From: Halarcobacter sp.
GTDB taxonomy: Bacteria > Campylobacterota > Campylobacteria > Campylobacterales > Arcobacteraceae
DNA length: 64,000 bases
NCBI GenBank assembly: GCA_963676565.1
Contig: OY781089.1
Location: 2,496,001-2,560,000, forward strand
Direction: 5' to 3'
Program-made: the position numbers and the translations under genes
In this document: in pieces, positions 60,741 through 64,000 of the stretch
Numbering within the stretch: position 1 is the first letter of the stretch
How the letters are laid out: every line of letters starts with the position of its first letter
Notes under the pieces: model-generated
The model's input: only the letters and a program-made list of their open reading frames with translations
Told to the model about the DNA's origin: nothing
Database searches by the model: none

Positions 60741-61223
60741 TTAGTAAAACCTATACATTTGTACATCAATAATTTCATATTCAAAAACTTGGTTATTTAT
60801 AGAAAATTCAAATTCTTCACCTAATTCTTTTCCAAGTAAAACCTTACCTAAAGGTGATTTATTTGATATCATATGTTTATTTGGATTTGTTTCAAAAGTA
60901 CCTACAATTATAAAAGTTTTTTCCTCTTCGCTATCTAAATCTAAAACTTTAACAACTGAGCCAAAATTTACTTTTGTATGGGGGATTTTTGTAGTATCAA
61001 CTACGGTAGAATTATTAATAATTTTTTCTAAAAATCTTAATCTTTTATCAAGATTTCTAATCATCTCTTTAGCTGAAATATATTCTGCATTTTCACTTCT
61101 ATCACCATGCTGTGCAGCTATCTCTTTTTCTTTTACCCAAAAAGGTTTTTCAACCTCAGCTAATTGCTTAAACTCTTTTACGAATCTTTTATATCCAAAT
61201 TCTGTTATTAACTCTTTTTGCAT
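60741..61223 (-). CDS. greB: Gre-family transcription elongation factor (GreB-like)
   Basis: GDRSENAEY, LDKRLRFL, FGS and IS..SPLG. Confidence 0.8.
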   Translation of the reverse strand: MQKELITEFGYKRFVKEFKQLAEVEKPFWVKEKEIAAQHGDRSENAEYISAKEMIRNLDKRLRFLEKIINNSTVVDTTKIPHTKVNFGSVVKVLDLDSEEEKTFIIVGTFETNPNKHMISNKSPLGKVLLGKELGEEFEFSINNQVFEYEIIDVQMYRFY

Positions 61224-61285
61224 TTGATATTATATCTAAAATACTCCTTTGTATTTTGCAAAGCTTTGCTATACTTCCAAGTAAT

Positions 61286-62299
61286 ATGGAAAATTTAAAA
61301 CAACTTTTATACAAAATGCTTATTATCGGCTTTGATGGTAAAGAGATACTTAATAATAAAAAATTAATTACAAATATACAAAATGGTTTAGGTGGAGTGA
61401 TACTTTTTGATCATTACATTGATGATAAAACAAAATCTAAAAATATACAATCGCCACAACAAGTAAGAAAACTCAATGAGTCACTTCAATCTATTAATAA
61501 AGAGCCATTAATAATTTGTATAGACCAAGAGGGTGGAAAAGTTGCTAGATTGAAAGAAGAAAAAGGTTTTAATAAAACTCTTAGTGCAAAAGAGATTGCC
61601 TCTTTAAAAGAAAAAGATGCAAAAAAAGAGTATGAAAATCTTAGCTTTCAACTTAAAAACCTTGGTATAAACTGCAATTTTGCTCCTTTAGTAGATTTAG
61701 GAATAAACAAAGAATCTAAAATAATCTATGGATTAGATAGAGCTTATGGTGAAGATAGCGAACAAGTAGTTAAATATGCCGAAATTTTTATGGATGCTTT
61801 AAGTGAAAACCAAATCATCTCTGTACTTAAACATTTTCCCGGTCATGGTAGTGCAAAGGGTGATAGCCATGAAGGCTTTGTTGATATAAGTAAAACTTGG
61901 GATGAGATTGAACTAACTCCATACAAAAAACTTTTACATAAAACAAAGATGATAATGAGTGCCCATGTTTATAACAGTAAATTAGATGAAGACTATCCAT
62001 CAACTTTATCTTTTAAAACAAATACTGAACTACTAAGAAAAAAACTTGGATTTAATGGGGTTTTAGTAACTGACGATTTACAAATGTTAGCGATAAAAAA
62101 ACACTATAAAAAAGAAGAAGCTATTCAATTAGCCATAAACTCAGGAGCTGACATGTTAATGTATTGCAATCAATTAAGCAATGATGATACAGATGAAACA
62201 ATAGATATGATGATACATTTAGTTCAAAATAAAAAAATCTCAATTGATAGAATCAAAGAAGCTAACTATAGAATAAATAGATTAATTAAAGGTATATAA
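61286..62299 (+). CDS. nagZ: Beta-N-acetylglucosaminidase, GH3 (NagZ)
   Basis: GGVILF, DQEGG, KHFPGHG..GDSH and VTDDL. Start set to ATG 61286. Confidence 0.9.
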   Translation: MENLKQLLYKMLIIGFDGKEILNNKKLITNIQNGLGGVILFDHYIDDKTKSKNIQSPQQVRKLNESLQSINKEPLIICIDQEGGKVARLKEEKGFNKTLSAKEIASLKEKDAKKEYENLSFQLKNLGINCNFAPLVDLGINKESKIIYGLDRAYGEDSEQVVKYAEIFMDALSENQIISVLKHFPGHGSAKGDSHEGFVDISKTWDEIELTPYKKLLHKTKMIMSAHVYNSKLDEDYPSTLSFKTNTELLRKKLGFNGVLVTDDLQMLAIKKHYKKEEAIQLAINSGADMLMYCNQLSNDDTDETIDMMIHLVQNKKISIDRIKEANYRINRLIKGI

Positions 62300-63783
62300 T
62301 GCAAGCTGGCTTTTCATTTATTGATTGGTTTATATTTATTTCTTATTTACTAATTTTACTTTTTTTAGCTTCTTATCTTTCAAATAAAAATATAAACTCA
62401 TCTAGGGAGTTTTTTACAGCTAAAAACTCTTTTGCTGCCTTTCCAGTTGCACTATCACTTCTTGCAACTGCTCAATCAGCTGCAACTTTCTTAGGAGCTC
62501 CAGAGTTTTCATATAGATATGATTTAACTTTGCTTGGTTACTCTATTACTTCTTTATTGGCTATTTACATTGTAGTAAAAGTATTAATCCCAAAACTTTA
62601 TGAGATGAAAGCAATAAGTGTTTATGAACTACTTCAAGAAAGATTTGGTGGAAATAGTAGACGAGATGTTGGAGTTATGTTTTTAGTAGGAAGATTATTT
62701 GCAAGTGGAGCAAGACTTTATATGGCAGCACTTGCACTTAGTATGATACTTTTTTATGATATAAGTTTAATTCATGTTTGTTTCTCTGTTATATTACTTA
62801 CCCTTGGTGCATTAATTTTTACTTATTTTGGTGGAATTAAATCAGTAATCATTAGTGATATACTTCAAATAATAGTTTATTTAGGTGCTGGAATAGCAGT
62901 TCTAATTTATCTATATTTATCATTATCTATGGACTTTAACCAAATTTTCCAAACTCTAAGTGAAGCTCAAAAGTTAGAATATATTGATTTTGAACTAAGT
63001 TTTACCAATGAAGGTAAATTTAATATCTTTTCACTTTTTACAGGTTATATGCTTTTAAATATAGCAGCCTTTGGACTTGACCAAGATTTAGCCCAAAGGG
63101 TTTTATCTTGTAAAGATAAAAAACAAGCAGGATTTTCACTTTATGGAGCAACCCTTTTAAGTATCCCTGTATCAATGCTATTTTTAAGTATTGGATTACT
63201 TTTATTTTTATATTATCAAGAGCATACAATAAATCAAAAATTTGCAGGTGAGAGTATTACTATTTTTATGTATTATATTTTAAATGAGATGCCAAATGGA
63301 CTAAAAGGTTTTGTAACTATTGGAGCTATTGCTGCAGCTTTAAGTAGTACAAACTCTGTTTTAGGAGCAATGAGTAGTGTTGCCATTGAAGATGTATATA
63401 AACCATATAGATTTAAACATAACAAAAATATTAGTGAGACCCATTTTGTAAAAGTTGCAAAGATTATGGTTTTAATATTTGCTTTTTTACTTTCATTAAT
63501 GGCTATTCTTAGTTTTATAATACATAGCAACTCCTCAATTCCACTTATTAGTTTTGCCCTTGGAGTTATGGCATATGCTTATAGTGGTTTACTTGGAGTT
63601 TTTGCAAGTGCTTTATTTACTAATAGAGGAAACTCAAAATTAATTCCTTATGCACTATTTATTGGTTTTGCAAGTGTTTTTTGTATGCAAGGATATACAT
63701 TTGGATTAAATATTGGTTTTGCTTGGCAATTAGTAATTGGTACTACACTTTCATTTGGAGTAATGCAACTTGGAAAAAAATGA
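62299..63783 (+). CDS. Sodium:solute symporter (SSS family)
   Basis: SAATFLGAP, SVYELL..RFG, GGIKSVI.SD, DQDLAQR and AAALSS. Confidence 0.92.
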   Translation: MQAGFSFIDWFIFISYLLILLFLASYLSNKNINSSREFFTAKNSFAAFPVALSLLATAQSAATFLGAPEFSYRYDLTLLGYSITSLLAIYIVVKVLIPKLYEMKAISVYELLQERFGGNSRRDVGVMFLVGRLFASGARLYMAALALSMILFYDISLIHVCFSVILLTLGALIFTYFGGIKSVIISDILQIIVYLGAGIAVLIYLYLSLSMDFNQIFQTLSEAQKLEYIDFELSFTNEGKFNIFSLFTGYMLLNIAAFGLDQDLAQRVLSCKDKKQAGFSLYGATLLSIPVSMLFLSIGLLLFLYYQEHTINQKFAGESITIFMYYILNEMPNGLKGFVTIGAIAAALSSTNSVLGAMSSVAIEDVYKPYRFKHNKNISETHFVKVAKIMVLIFAFLLSLMAILSFIIHSNSSIPLISFALGVMAYAYSGLLGVFASALFTNRGNSKLIPYALFIGFASVFCMQGYTFGLNIGFAWQLVIGTTLSFGVMQLGKK

Positions 63784-64000
63784 TTTAAATACTAAACTTT
63801 ATATTGGTGTAATGAGTGGAACTAGTCTTGATGGGATAGATATAGCCTTATGTAGTATAGATGATAATAGTAGTATACAAACTTTACAAACAAAAGAATA
63901 CCTCTTTGATAAAAAGATTAAAGAAGATGTATTAACGGCTATTTCAAATCCTATAACATTAGAGTTTTTAGGTACTTTAAATCATAAATTAGCACTTATG
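63770..64000 (+). CDS. anmK: Anhydro-N-acetylmuramic acid kinase (5' part; runs off the window end; absent from the ORF track)
   Basis: TTG start after GGAG; translates MEKNDLNTKLYIGVMSGTSLDGIDIAL, the AnmK signature. Confidence 0.9.
   Translation, partial: MEKNDLNTKLYIGVMSGTSLDGIDIALCSIDDNSSIQTLQTKEYLFDKKIKEDVLTAISNPITLEFLGTLNHKLALM

Noticed and set aside
780..63530. Many 60-134 aa ORFs antisense to, or out of frame within, real genes (e.g. 2342-2647, 14879-15232, 55050-55454)
   Set aside because: They overlap well-supported CDS, show shadow-ORF composition, and have no recognisable motifs.
1..64000. CRISPR arrays, rRNA/tRNA, prophage, long poly-G/C contingency tracts, selenocysteine read-through
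   Set aside because: None seen by eye, and the long ORFs need no in-frame TGA read-through. A covariance-model search would be needed to exclude small ncRNAs.

Overview
This is a 64-kb, very AT-rich bacterial chromosome segment. Gene order and protein signatures (tatD-mltD-rlpA-kdsC-lptCA-yihA, rplI-hslVU, ubiX-coaD-tmk-hisS-speA-cysE, TorA plus monohaem cytochrome, 'IAHQWRQP' kinases) point to Campylobacterota, most likely Arcobacteraceae; the taxon is inferred. I recognised about 61 CDS and no rRNA, tRNA, CRISPR, IS or prophage. Housekeeping operons alternate with accessory genes: a split RND efflux system, orphan sensor kinases, a Tat-exported IorAB-type molybdo-hydroxylase cassette, an S/N-oxide reductase and a peptidoglycan-recycling cluster. 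The most notable observations are: (1) a full-length aconitase-A paralogue missing all Fe-S cysteines and most catalytic residues; (2) a response regulator / orphan family-5 binding protein / chemoreceptor-like kinase three-component module upstream of torB-torA, with candidate regulator repeats; (3) a serine-resolvase homologue lacking its catalytic serine; (4) an unannotated leader ORF overlapping a CNNM/DUF21 transporter start; (5) nagZ-SSS-anmK, which suggests a Na+-symporter for cell-wall sugars; (6) a tatD with no canonical start codon, preceded by a degenerate receiver-like protein. All calls come from motif recognition by eye; no database searches were run.
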